Positions 39,182 to 49,223 of a stretch of DNA of 64,000 nucleotides are shown here, one piece after another. The notes beneath the pieces are model-generated. The model searched no databases. It saw nothing but the letters and a program-made list of their open reading frames with translations, and was not told the origin of the DNA. The first letter of the stretch is position 1. Every line of letters starts with the position of its first letter. Location: NCBI GenBank assembly GCA_000002445.1, contig CP000069.1, positions 800,001 through 864,000 of the forward strand, read 5' to 3'. The DNA comes from Trypanosoma brucei (lineage: Eukaryota). Position numbers and translations under genes: made by a program.

Positions 39182-41824
39182 ATGTCAGCCCGAAACAAAA
39201 TGGGACTTGAGCAGGCCGGAAGTGCCGTGCCGAGTTCCACATCAGGGTATGTTTCCACCAGCCGACATTCAAAAACTTCGGAAAGTCGCAGATCCGGTGA
39301 CCGGCAAGTAGTGCGTGGAATGGATTCCGTACGTTCGTTTTTTTCCAGAAACTGTAAACCAGCGGAGGTGAACAAACCGTCGAGTTGCCGGAGAAGGGCG
39401 TTGCAGACGTCACTCCCGGTGGAAGGGGGTAACACTACACGAGGGGAAATAGTTGCGAAGTCATTAGACTCTTGGATTACGAAGAGACCAGCGAGCGCTT
39501 CCGCATCGCATGAAGTACCAGCGAAGGTTCCCGATAAGAGAAGATTTATACGGCTGTCGCAGTCGTCGCTTTCCTCCATCATGACTGATCAAAGTTTAGT
39601 CACGCAACCACTTCTCGATACACCAGAAGGGTATGATCACACTGCAGGGTTAAGGGTGGAAAGTGAATCGGGGGATTTGGTGTCGGCGTGTACTCAACGT
39701 CCGGTTAAAAACAGTCACTGTGTTTCCCCTTCCCTTCGCTGTTCCAACGTCGGGGAACCCCATTTATCCATCTCGAAACAACTGACAGATGACAAATGCC
39801 GTATCGGTAAGCACAATGGATCAACAAAATATATGAATAATGTCGTTTCGTCTTTGCCCATCTCCATTTATTCCTCACCGGAAACATTCAGTTGCAGTAA
39901 CGAAGCCACTCAGCAATCGAATGGGAAGGAGGGAAAAGTGAAGGCGGAGAAGAGGCCTCGGCCGCAAATGTCACCGGGGCAACACACATCAATGTGCAGT
40001 GCGGATCAAAACCAGATGGCGGTGTCGAACGATAGGGAAATGGATGAGCGAGAGCGATTAGGAACTGAGCCTTCTAACAAACTAGAGCTGCCTCGGGGAG
40101 TGCTGGGAATCGAAGGAATTTTGTCGTTTGAAGAGAATCCGGCACTTGCAAGGGCTGATTTTAATGTTGGCTTGCGTGTGTTGGTGCAGCGGGAAGGAGA
40201 GTGGCTTTTTGCCACTGTCGTGTCGCGGGAGGAAAATGGTTACGTGGATGTTTGTCTGGAGGGTAACGGAACCACGATTCGGTCGACAACGAGTAACCTC
40301 CGAGTAGATGAAGCGAAAACTGGCAGCAGTACAGAAAGGAAGATAAGCAGCGGGAAAGACGAGAAGTGTGCTCCGTTAGTGTCGTCTCCGAAACAAACCA
40401 ATTTGGAAGTGATTGGGATGAGCGAGGCGACTTCTCCCAACCTGACAGCACCGGAAAAGACACAAACAGGGCCTTGTGAAGAAGTAAGTAGTAAGCGGGT
40501 ACATCCCTCGGTAATTTTGATGTATGTTTCTCCCACGGTAGGAGAACGTCTAGGTAAAGATGCGCTACATGTGCTACGAAATTTAACGAAATCGGGGACA
40601 ACACTTGTGGATTCACCCCAAAAGCTGCAGGGAGCATCGCAAAGGATAATGTCAGCAAAAGAACAATATGGAGTTCCACAGCAGTGCGGAAAACATTTGT
40701 GGGGTATTTGCTTCGTTCTTGTTTCTGGTACCGCCGAGCATTATGCAAGGGAGGTTAGAATTATTGATGAGGCGCATGCTGTTGGTATATCTGCAGTATC
40801 TCTAAAGTGGTTGGAGCGATTACACAATGAAGGTTCGTGGAATGCATCTAGTGTGTCGCTGCCGTATCCGGAGGAGTTGATGGATCAGAATGACGGAGGC
40901 GTCTTTCGATGTTCGCTACTGCGTGAGGCTGAGCGAACTCTGCGTCAACATTTGGTGTACATCCCCATAGCTGACCCCGATATAGAAAATCTCATAGAGC
41001 TTAGTGGTGGAAAGGTGACGAGAACACTTCCGCCGAATAAGCAGAACTGTCCAGGGCCTTCAGATCCTCACTGGATATATGTCAAAGACGGGAATCAAAA
41101 TCCACTTCGTACAAGTCATCCAAGCATCAAAACACTTAGTCTCGAAAGGTTACGAAAGCGCATACACAGTTATTTCGCGACTCTTCCATCATCGTTCAGT
41201 GGCCAGGATGATTGTACGTGCTTCGACGTTAAGGCTGATGGTACGCTGGTGGATAAGTGCCTGAAGACGCAAGATGATGAAAATACCGCGTCTGATGGCG
41301 AAACAGCAGCGACAAAAATGGGCGGGGAGGAGCATGATTTCACATTATTTGCTCGACCGTGCGACTACCCGACCCGCGAAGAGCCTAAGATATTACCAGG
41401 AGAAGACTATTACTTTCGTCTTCCACGTGGGGACGACCGGGAGGGCCAAATAAATCAAGCGTTCCCCGTGGCAATGGGTCGCGTTTTGAATGTTAACGGA
41501 TCCAGTGCCCATGGTCGCACAGTGACCATGCAGCTTTACCGCATTACCCGTGTGTACCATGTGCAAGACCCACAAACGGGAAGTATCACCAGCCGTCAGT
41601 GTGTCTGCTTGGGACCCGAAACCGTGAGCGTCATGGAGTCTGATCTCATATTCGACACAGGTCCCTTTGTTTTCCCCCTGGAAGCCATGCAACACCTTTA
41701 CATTTTGGAACAGCAGCAGGACTGCCGCGATGGGGCGTCCGCCGGGCCACCTGCATCTCCTTGGAACTCGCAGTTTTCAACGATGGCACCGCGTCCCACT
41801 CAGTTCCGCCACCGATATTCATAA
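39182..41824 (+). CDS. hypothetical Ser-rich protein (880 aa) with Tudor-like barrel and BRCT-like segments
   Basis: ATG 39182. N-terminal third is Ser/Thr/Pro-rich and probably disordered. Tudor/Agenet-like VGLRVLVQREGEWLFATVVSREENGYVDVCLEGNGTTIRSTTSNLRV. BRCT-like HLWGICFVLVSGTAEHYAREVRIIDEAHAVGISAVSLKWL and HLVYIPIADPDIENLIELSGGKVTRTLPPNK...HWIYVKDG. These are assignments by eye only. Confidence 0.6.
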   Translation: MSARNKMGLEQAGSAVPSSTSGYVSTSRHSKTSESRRSGDRQVVRGMDSVRSFFSRNCKPAEVNKPSSCRRRALQTSLPVEGGNTTRGEIVAKSLDSWITKRPASASASHEVPAKVPDKRRFIRLSQSSLSSIMTDQSLVTQPLLDTPEGYDHTAGLRVESESGDLVSACTQRPVKNSHCVSPSLRCSNVGEPHLSISKQLTDDKCRIGKHNGSTKYMNNVVSSLPISIYSSPETFSCSNEATQQSNGKEGKVKAEKRPRPQMSPGQHTSMCSADQNQMAVSNDREMDERERLGTEPSNKLELPRGVLGIEGILSFEENPALARADFNVGLRVLVQREGEWLFATVVSREENGYVDVCLEGNGTTIRSTTSNLRVDEAKTGSSTERKISSGKDEKCAPLVSSPKQTNLEVIGMSEATSPNLTAPEKTQTGPCEEVSSKRVHPSVILMYVSPTVGERLGKDALHVLRNLTKSGTTLVDSPQKLQGASQRIMSAKEQYGVPQQCGKHLWGICFVLVSGTAEHYAREVRIIDEAHAVGISAVSLKWLERLHNEGSWNASSVSLPYPEELMDQNDGGVFRCSLLREAERTLRQHLVYIPIADPDIENLIELSGGKVTRTLPPNKQNCPGPSDPHWIYVKDGNQNPLRTSHPSIKTLSLERLRKRIHSYFATLPSSFSGQDDCTCFDVKADGTLVDKCLKTQDDENTASDGETAATKMGGEEHDFTLFARPCDYPTREEPKILPGEDYYFRLPRGDDREGQINQAFPVAMGRVLNVNGSSAHGRTVTMQLYRITRVYHVQDPQTGSITSRQCVCLGPETVSVMESDLIFDTGPFVFPLEAMQHLYILEQQQDCRDGASAGPPASPWNSQFSTMAPRPTQFRHRYS

Positions 41825-42489
41825 CTGAGTGCACCTCATGGATCCTTTGTCACTTCTTTCACGTGGGAGACGCCGCACCAAGGTACGAATCTATTACGGC
41901 TTTTTTGCTTTGAGGTACCGCGGGGATTTTAAGGGCCAGGGGCAATGCGCTACTTGTAGTTGATGCAGTAGGCTATGCCACATGGAGATGGTATGGTTGT
42001 GAATTTGAGGACTGTTGCTATTGACACCGTTTAACTTCTGTATTATCGGTTGATTCGGTGTTTTTTTCTGTTTTTATTTTTATTATTGTTTAATAATCAC
42101 TTTGTATTATGGTCCAGTACCCAGTCAATGGGGGGCAGTGATATAGTAAATTTGTTAACAAACGGTACTCCTAGTCCGACAAGTTAGTGATTTTTTTTGC
42201 TTTTTATAACCCTCTTCTTTATGATCCCTTGGATCCCTTCTTATTTTCAGTGAGCTTAACATGCTTGCTTTTTTGGGTTTATTTATGCAGCCGTAGCTCC
42301 TGACGTGTGGACAAGTTTATTTTCGCACTGTGGGTGATCGAGTTAAGTTGCCTGCTTACCTCTATTTGTGTGCCAGTCCTTTGTCTCAAACAAATGTACG
42401 CAGTAATCTAAGAAGTGTCGGTTTCCCCTCTCCTTTTTTTTTTTTGGAACCAAGTGTACTGTTCCGCCTCTTGGCATTGATACTTTTAG

Positions 42490-44064
42490 ATGGCACTGTC
42501 ATTTACCGATCCGCTAGTAGAACTACAGTCCGTTTCATTCCAATATCCACCACATAATCTCACAGCGATACAAGGGGTCGTGGCCCAAGGAAGGATTTAT
42601 GATATAACTTTTCAACTTAATAGCGGCGATCGGGTACTGGTAGTTGGACACAATGGAAGTGGGAAATCAACACTTCTTTCTGTTGTCGGTGGACGTCGTA
42701 AGGCAGCACAAGGTAAGATTACGGTTCTTGGTACTGATGCATTTGAAGACACAAGAGTTCAACAACATGTCTCTCTTATCGCGGACCCATGGCCGCCAGA
42801 AGCTTTTTTTGGCACAACTGTCGACAAACTGGCTTCTCCTGCCCAGCAACAGGAGCGCAAGGAACGCATTGCCAGAATTCTACACCTTTCGTTGCAACGG
42901 TCTGTAGAGCATATGAGTACTGGGGAAAAGCGTCGGGTACAAATTCTACACGGCATGCTTGGGAAGAGTGCGGTGTATTTGCTTGATGAATGTAGCACTG
43001 ATGTCGATGTCGCGGAGAGGAAAGCGGTGCTTGATCTGATACAAGCGGAGTGTATTGCAGAAAGCAGCTGCTGCATGTATGCCACTCATATCTTTGATGG
43101 TGTTGGTGATTGGGCGACGCATATTATGCTTATGCGTAACGGCACCATCGTTGAATTCAAGAAAATATCTGAGGTCACAGAACCACTAGAGTCTTTCACG
43201 TATAAATTTTTATCGAGGTCGCATGGAAAGTCGCTGAGTTTAACATCGCTTCCAGGTGTCGAAGGCGAAACGAACGGAGCGAGCAATATGGCCAAGGCGG
43301 AAGAAGCCAAGGTCTATAACTCTGCTGCTTCGATTGAGACAAAAGAAGCCGTTATTGTTTGTGAGGGTCTTAAGTTCAGGGATTTGTTTGATGGCCTTTC
43401 ATTTAAAGTCTACCGCGGGGAGCGAATGTTGTTGTGTGGTTGCAATGGTGTTGGCAAAAGCACACTGCTCAATATGATGGGTGGTTCACAGTACTTTAAC
43501 AATACCGATGGGGCACTTCGAATCCTCGGTAAGGTCTGCTTTGAGGATATGTCACTAAATGCTTCCATCGCATTAGCTGGAAACTGGTGGGCATCTGCTC
43601 CCCCATGTGAAGTTTATGTGCGAGAAATGGTTGACCTTAATACGCCGCGTGCAAAGCATCTGTGCGAGCTGCTTGCTGTCAATTTAAATTGGGACGTGCG
43701 TTACCTTTCTGCTGGTGAGCTAAAACGGGTGCAGTTGCTTCTTCGCCTCCAGGAAGAGCGACCCATCGTTCTGCTTGATGAAGCAACATCCAACCTTGAC
43801 CTCGATATGCGCCACGCCCTGCTGTCATTTCTGTACAGTGAAAGTGTCAATCGCGGCGTTACAGTAATTTATGTTACGCACATCTTCGGTGGGCTTCAGG
43901 AATGGCCAACAGTTGTTATGATGTTGGACCGCAGTCGCCGTGGACTACATGCCACATGGGGAAGGAGCGGCGGTAACGTCGATAAATGTGGCGTCAGTAT
44001 GGACCGCATTGTAGAGGAACTTATAATGCTGAAATCAAAAGAGCACGTGAACGTAATCGTGTGA
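42490..44064 (+). CDS. soluble ABC-family ATPase with two tandem nucleotide-binding domains and no transmembrane domain
   Basis: NBD1 has Walker A GHNGSGKST, the signature variant MSTGEKRRV and Walker B VYLLDECSTDVD. NBD2 has Walker A GCNGVGKST, the signature LSAGELKRV and Walker B IVLLDEATSNLD. No hydrophobic helices. Only 524 aa. Confidence 0.85.
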   Translation: MALSFTDPLVELQSVSFQYPPHNLTAIQGVVAQGRIYDITFQLNSGDRVLVVGHNGSGKSTLLSVVGGRRKAAQGKITVLGTDAFEDTRVQQHVSLIADPWPPEAFFGTTVDKLASPAQQQERKERIARILHLSLQRSVEHMSTGEKRRVQILHGMLGKSAVYLLDECSTDVDVAERKAVLDLIQAECIAESSCCMYATHIFDGVGDWATHIMLMRNGTIVEFKKISEVTEPLESFTYKFLSRSHGKSLSLTSLPGVEGETNGASNMAKAEEAKVYNSAASIETKEAVIVCEGLKFRDLFDGLSFKVYRGERMLLCGCNGVGKSTLLNMMGGSQYFNNTDGALRILGKVCFEDMSLNASIALAGNWWASAPPCEVYVREMVDLNTPRAKHLCELLAVNLNWDVRYLSAGELKRVQLLLRLQEERPIVLLDEATSNLDLDMRHALLSFLYSESVNRGVTVIYVTHIFGGLQEWPTVVMMLDRSRRGLHATWGRSGGNVDKCGVSMDRIVEELIMLKSKEHVNVIV

Positions 44065-44492
44065 TGACAGTAGCGTAACAACAGGAAGTAACATAATCCC
44101 TCACATGTGGTTACCGCTCACTATGTTTGTGAGTTCTTTTTTACATTTCTTTAACGACATCATCTTTTCGGTTACCGACCGCGGTTTTGTTCTTCTTACA
44201 TTTCCTATGTTAATGTGACTGTGCTCGAACACTTTCGATGTGGCTTTATCATAAAATAACTATCTCTTTCTTTTTTTTTTTTGCGTGGTATCACGACTTA
44301 GATTAATATTTCCTTATTGCCTACCTTCTTCATCTTATGGAGTTGTTTAATGCCATAGTGGTTCGCTGTCGTACCACATAAGATTTGACCCCCTTTCTTT
44401 TTTCCTTTGTGCTTGCTGTTCAAAAAGGACCTTAGGCTGCAGATATAAACTCAGAGATTATTTATATATTTTGTGATTCTGAGCAACTGCGA

Positions 44493-45257
44493 ATGACTCA
44501 CAGGACGGCGGAAACGGGAGGCAAATCCAAACATCCACTGAGATCTTCAAATGGTGGTTACCTCTGTTCGCCCTTCACTTTGCAGCCTGCGTTTGAGACC
44601 ATGGCAGAGAAGTACACGGTACGCGATGGAAAAGGCAGCAGCGGCCGCCTCAATTCCGCGAGGGAGGTTGATGATGATGGTGGGCCTGGTCGCCCATGGA
44701 TGCGTGCGGGAGTAGGCGCCAAAACAATGAGTGCAAAGGAGCGCCGCCAACAGCAGCAGGAGGCGGAGCGTATTTATGGTCCCAGCTCTTATATCGCTGA
44801 TGGAGAGGATGAACTTCTTAACTCTTCAGGTAAAACAAGTAGTGCACCTGTGTTTGCTATAAGCTCGTGGGAGAAGGCTGCGTTGCAGAGTGTTATTCCG
44901 CGAGGAATGCGGCAGAGAAATGGTAAACAAGGAGAGAGAAATAATAGCGATTCGGCTGTCCTAACAAAAGAAGTTGAAGAAGATGAGAGAGTCCTAAAGG
45001 GAGCAGAGCAACAGTCTTCATTGATAGTTGAAAAGAAGAGAAGAAGCGACGAGAAGGATATTTTACCGGCGAGGGTTCGCCGTCGTAAAGAGTCAGCTGG
45101 AAGTGAGTGTCACGACGGTTGCAACGGGAGCTCAGCAAATGTTTTGGCTCTGCAGGCGAAGAAGCCAATAAATAAACTCCAAATGCTAGATCAGATGCGA
45201 GATGCCGCTCTATTTGGAAAGAAAAAGAAGGGCCTTCTAACTGGGCAGTTAGCATGA
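44493..45257 (+). CDS. hypothetical basic, low-complexity protein (254 aa)
   Basis: ATG ORF rich in K/R/E/Q/S (RRQQQQEAERIY; KKRRSDEKDILPARVRRRKES). Alternative start MAEKYTV at about 44601. No domain recognised. Confidence 0.4.
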   Translation: MTHRTAETGGKSKHPLRSSNGGYLCSPFTLQPAFETMAEKYTVRDGKGSSGRLNSAREVDDDGGPGRPWMRAGVGAKTMSAKERRQQQQEAERIYGPSSYIADGEDELLNSSGKTSSAPVFAISSWEKAALQSVIPRGMRQRNGKQGERNNSDSAVLTKEVEEDERVLKGAEQQSSLIVEKKRRSDEKDILPARVRRRKESAGSECHDGCNGSSANVLALQAKKPINKLQMLDQMRDAALFGKKKKGLLTGQLA

Positions 45258-45763
45258 GGACCTTTTGGTTACGCTAAAACCTTTGTCTTCCTAATTAATT
45301 GTATTTCTCCTTTTACTTGTACTTGTTCCCACCATGTGGATTACTTTAGCGGAATTTTTTTCCCTACCTCTGTTCCTATTCTTTTTTTATTTTTTATATA
45401 GTGAGTAGTAACGGTTGAATGTGCGGAGGAAAGAAGCTCTTTTCAATAATTAAATGATAAGGTTGAGCGCACATATAGCATAGTTTTGTGTTTATACGAG
45501 TTTACGCATGCAAAATTGTTTAATGTTATTCCGTGTTTATATTTTCTGTTTCGGGAAGACTGTTAATATCGTTGGAAGATACTGCCATCGGAAGTACTGA
45601 ATTATCAAAGGTGCGCAACGGCTTAGGTAAACAGTACTTACTCTGACTGAAAGATACATGCTTTTACTGTTGAGAAGGGGAGGCATATCAACTTTTCATT
45701 TATGTCGCGTTGTGTACGGTGGGAGCAGGTAGGAAAGTAAGAATTGAGAACAGTTGTGTATAA

Positions 45764-45818
45764 GTGTGTCTGTGTGTGTATAAATAAATAAATAAATATA
45801 TATATATATATATATATT
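45764..45818. repeat. compound microsatellite (TG)n-(AAAT)4-(AT)n
   Basis: tgtgtctgtgtgtgtataaataaataaataaatatatatatatatatatatat, in the intergenic region before the TBC gene. Confidence 0.9.
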
Positions 45819-46337
45819 TATGTGTTACGTGTCTGCATGGAAAAGTTGAAGTTTCGGGAGAGATGCAAGTGGTGTGCACCAGAGTAACTAATGGTGCTGC
45901 ATTGGGATGCCGGTGGAAAAGGGATGTTTCGTTTGCGGAGCCGGTGTGGCGGTGTTGAAAAATGACACGGTAAGTATCGTTTTTTTTCCCCCCCTCAGTA
46001 AATATCATGATTGGTCGAACCTTAATGCGATGGTTGGAGGTGCTTATCTATTACGTGAAGTTGCTGTTGGACAACCAGTTCTGTTGAACCTCCTTTTATT
46101 TGTATTTTCCCAAAGTACCTTCCCGGTTCATTGCGATTGTTTATGGTGTACTTGAACTACTATTCCCCATTAACTACCATTTTTTTTATTTCTCCATTTT
46201 TCTTTTTTTTTTTTTTAACTGGTGCTTACTTTTTTTTTCTTTTTTTTTTCTTAACACCAACGTTACGTACTCATACGCCCACAAAAATTTTATTATTCAT
46301 TTTCCGCACTATCAAGTCGTGGAATCAGTTACTGTAG

Positions 46338-47684
46338 ATGCTCCAACGCGGTTTGGAAGCGGTGCTGCGCCAGTTTACAGCTGCTGATGAACGAGGTGCA
46401 GACAACACAAAGAACAAAGTGAGTGTTGAATGTTTGCAGGCACGCAGCAGTGAGGTTCGTAACTGTGAGAGTACAACAGATACAGCAGAAAAGAAGTCAA
46501 AGGCGCATCACGAGGAGGAATCCAGATATGACGAGGAATTCGTGCGAGATATATTGTCACGTGACCCCGTCCCCATCGATGAACTGCGCGGTTTAAGTCG
46601 AAGTGGTTGTCCCGCTGGTTTTCGTTACGAGGTGTGGTGTTACTTGACTGGGCACCTTCAACCATCGAGCCTGAACCGTGCTGCAGTTCTTACGCGTAAG
46701 CGACAGGAATATGTGGGATACATGCAAAGCAGTTACGGGTCTACTGACTGGGATGCTGCTTTTGCAGCAGTGGGAGATTCGGTAGGTAATGCGCCTGGCG
46801 GGGAATCTGGCAGTGGTGGTTCATCTCTCTGGCCTTCCTTTCGCAGTGGGGCTTCCGGTTTCGGTTCTTCTTCCTTGAACACTCCCAGTGACTCGGAGCT
46901 TTCAATATTGAAACAAATTCGAAAGGATATTCCGCGTATGGCAGCTGGTTTGGCATTTCTTAGCAACAGGCGAGTAATGTTGTCTGTGGAACGCTGCTTG
47001 TACATATGGGCACTACGTCATCCCGCCTGCGGTTATGTGCAAGGAATGGATGATTTTACAATTCCGTTTATTAGTGTTGTACTGGCAAATAGGGTTTGTA
47101 GGACAAAGACAGTGGCAGATCTCTACACACTTGATCCCGAGGAGGTGGGTGCGCTACTTTCTGTGGAGGTGATTAGTGACGAGGAATGGGTGAGTACCAT
47201 TGAAGCGGATACATATTGGATGGTTTCCTACTTCCTAAGCGCTATTCAAGAGAACTATACGTACGACCAGCGCGGTTTGCATAGCATGGTGGAGAAACTG
47301 GAAGCTGTTGTTCGAGCAGTAAATGTGAAACTTTATAACCACCTCAGGAATGATCTGCAAATTGACTTTAAGCAGTTTTCATTTAGGTGGATGAATTGCC
47401 TACTTTTGCGTGAGCTTAATGCTACACAAGTACTACGCTTGTGGGATGCATATCTCGCTGATGAGGAAAAGGATTGGTGCACCACTCATGTTTACACATG
47501 CGCCGCATTTCTGCAATGGTGGTCAGCTGCGCTTCTACAGGAAAATGATTATTGCGTTGCAATAAAGTTTTTGCAAAATCTTCCTTCCAATGAACTGAGT
47601 GACCGCGATATCAGCGCAATTGTTTCGCAGGGAATAGTCATGCAAAAATTGTACAATAGCGCCCTTGCACATCTCGCGCAGTAG
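46338..47684 (+). CDS. TBC-domain Rab GTPase-activating protein
   Basis: Arginine finger IRKDIPRM (IxxDxxR) and glutamine finger GYVQGMDD (YxQ) with the intervening RRVMLSVERCLYIWALRHPACG. ATG at 46338. Confidence 0.85.
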   Translation: MLQRGLEAVLRQFTAADERGADNTKNKVSVECLQARSSEVRNCESTTDTAEKKSKAHHEEESRYDEEFVRDILSRDPVPIDELRGLSRSGCPAGFRYEVWCYLTGHLQPSSLNRAAVLTRKRQEYVGYMQSSYGSTDWDAAFAAVGDSVGNAPGGESGSGGSSLWPSFRSGASGFGSSSLNTPSDSELSILKQIRKDIPRMAAGLAFLSNRRVMLSVERCLYIWALRHPACGYVQGMDDFTIPFISVVLANRVCRTKTVADLYTLDPEEVGALLSVEVISDEEWVSTIEADTYWMVSYFLSAIQENYTYDQRGLHSMVEKLEAVVRAVNVKLYNHLRNDLQIDFKQFSFRWMNCLLLRELNATQVLRLWDAYLADEEKDWCTTHVYTCAAFLQWWSAALLQENDYCVAIKFLQNLPSNELSDRDISAIVSQGIVMQKLYNSALAHLAQ

Positions 47685-49223
47685 CAAATGAGTTGATTGT
47701 TTTAAAAATAAAAATAAAACAAAGCGAGGGATTTGAAAAGAGGAATGCTGAATTTACGGCTCATGATGAAATGAAATGAAACTGGGTGATTGAGTGTAAA
47801 ATGGCGAAAGTTAAGGGGGGACGAGGAGAATTTATATAGTGTTGTAACCTTTTCAATGCAATGCATTCAAGTAAGATGTTGGGTTTCCAACGACTACGAC
47901 GATGCGAAAGCCAGTAGATGGGGTGCATGAAATAGAAAAATTAATGAACCAACTTTTTGTTTCTATTTTCCTCTCCTCTCCTCTCTTGTTTCTTTTTTTT
48001 TTTGCTCTGCTGTTACCCTTATTTGAGGTATTTTCTTTTGATATCTTTTTGATTTTCCTTTCGTCCCTTTAATTTTATCCAGTTATTCCGAACTTGCGCA
48101 TCGTTTTGCTTCATTTCACTTAACCGTACTTTTTTCATCTACTTTTGTGGATGCATTTCTTTTTTTTGTTATTGTTGCAGTTCCACCACATCCCCGTCTC
48201 CCATTTCATCTATGTTTTTTTTCCATTTTTTTTTCTACCTTTTAACCCCGTCTGGTATTACACTCCAGATGCTACTATGCTCGATTGGTCATTATGATAT
48301 ATTGGCCCTTGTTGTTGCTACAGTTGCCGTTGTTTCTGTTTTTATTCATTGTGACCGGCAGCATCATCGAGTTTATGAAATGCAAATGTATCTTATGTGC
48401 TTTTACTCTTTGTTTGTTAGCGGTTCAGGTGCTTGTTCAAATACAAAAAAAATAAATAAGGAAAAATATATCTTTTATTCTATCAAGGGAAATTTGTCGT
48501 TCTCTTGAAGGTGTTTACGTCTGTTGCTCACATAAAAAGTTTTATGACTTGCTGTCGGATGGTGAAGGTCTTTGATTCAGTGGTCCTGTCGTGTGTTTTT
48601 TTTTTTTGCTTATCGTTGTTGCAACTGCTTATTCGTACTTTGTGGCGGTCAACGCGGTAAGGCGATCTGAAACCTCTTCAAAAGAAAAGGTAAAAGAAGG
48701 GGAAGATGTTAAGGGAAAGGGGGAAAGTTTTCCGCACGCACGTTTGTGATGTAATGTTTCATTTATTAATTTTTCTTTGTTATATATTTCCTCCTCTCTT
48801 TCTTTTTACTTCTTTGTGTTGGCACGACAGTGTGAGGATGATAATAACACCATTAGAGTTAACAATAATACGACTTTTGGGGTGCCTCTCCGATGTGTGT
48901 AATAATATTCATTCTTCATAATGTGCGTCAAATATGCTTTAGTGATATGTTGCTTTTCTATTTATACTTTTATTTCTCTTTACAATTGGACATAGACACA
49001 ATAATATTACCGAATTCCGTTACATTCCACAGTATAAGTGGTGACGGGGAGAGGTGGTGCAGTTGTGCTACACTTCGCTTGAGTGGATCTTTAAGAGTAA
49101 TATAGTAATAATAAGTAATAAAGTAATTTAATTTTTTTTTAAAATAAAAACAAAGGATAGGGAAAGAGTGACAGGAAATTTTTTGTGAAATTCACAGTTT
49201 AGGTACCGAAGGGGGAGGAAGGG

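Noticed and set aside
42330-42557. 75-aa ORF overlapping the start of the ABC ATPase gene in another frame
   Set aside because: It lies in the poly(Y)/5'UTR region, is hydrophobic and low-complexity, and overlaps the strongly supported ATG 42490 gene. It is spurious.
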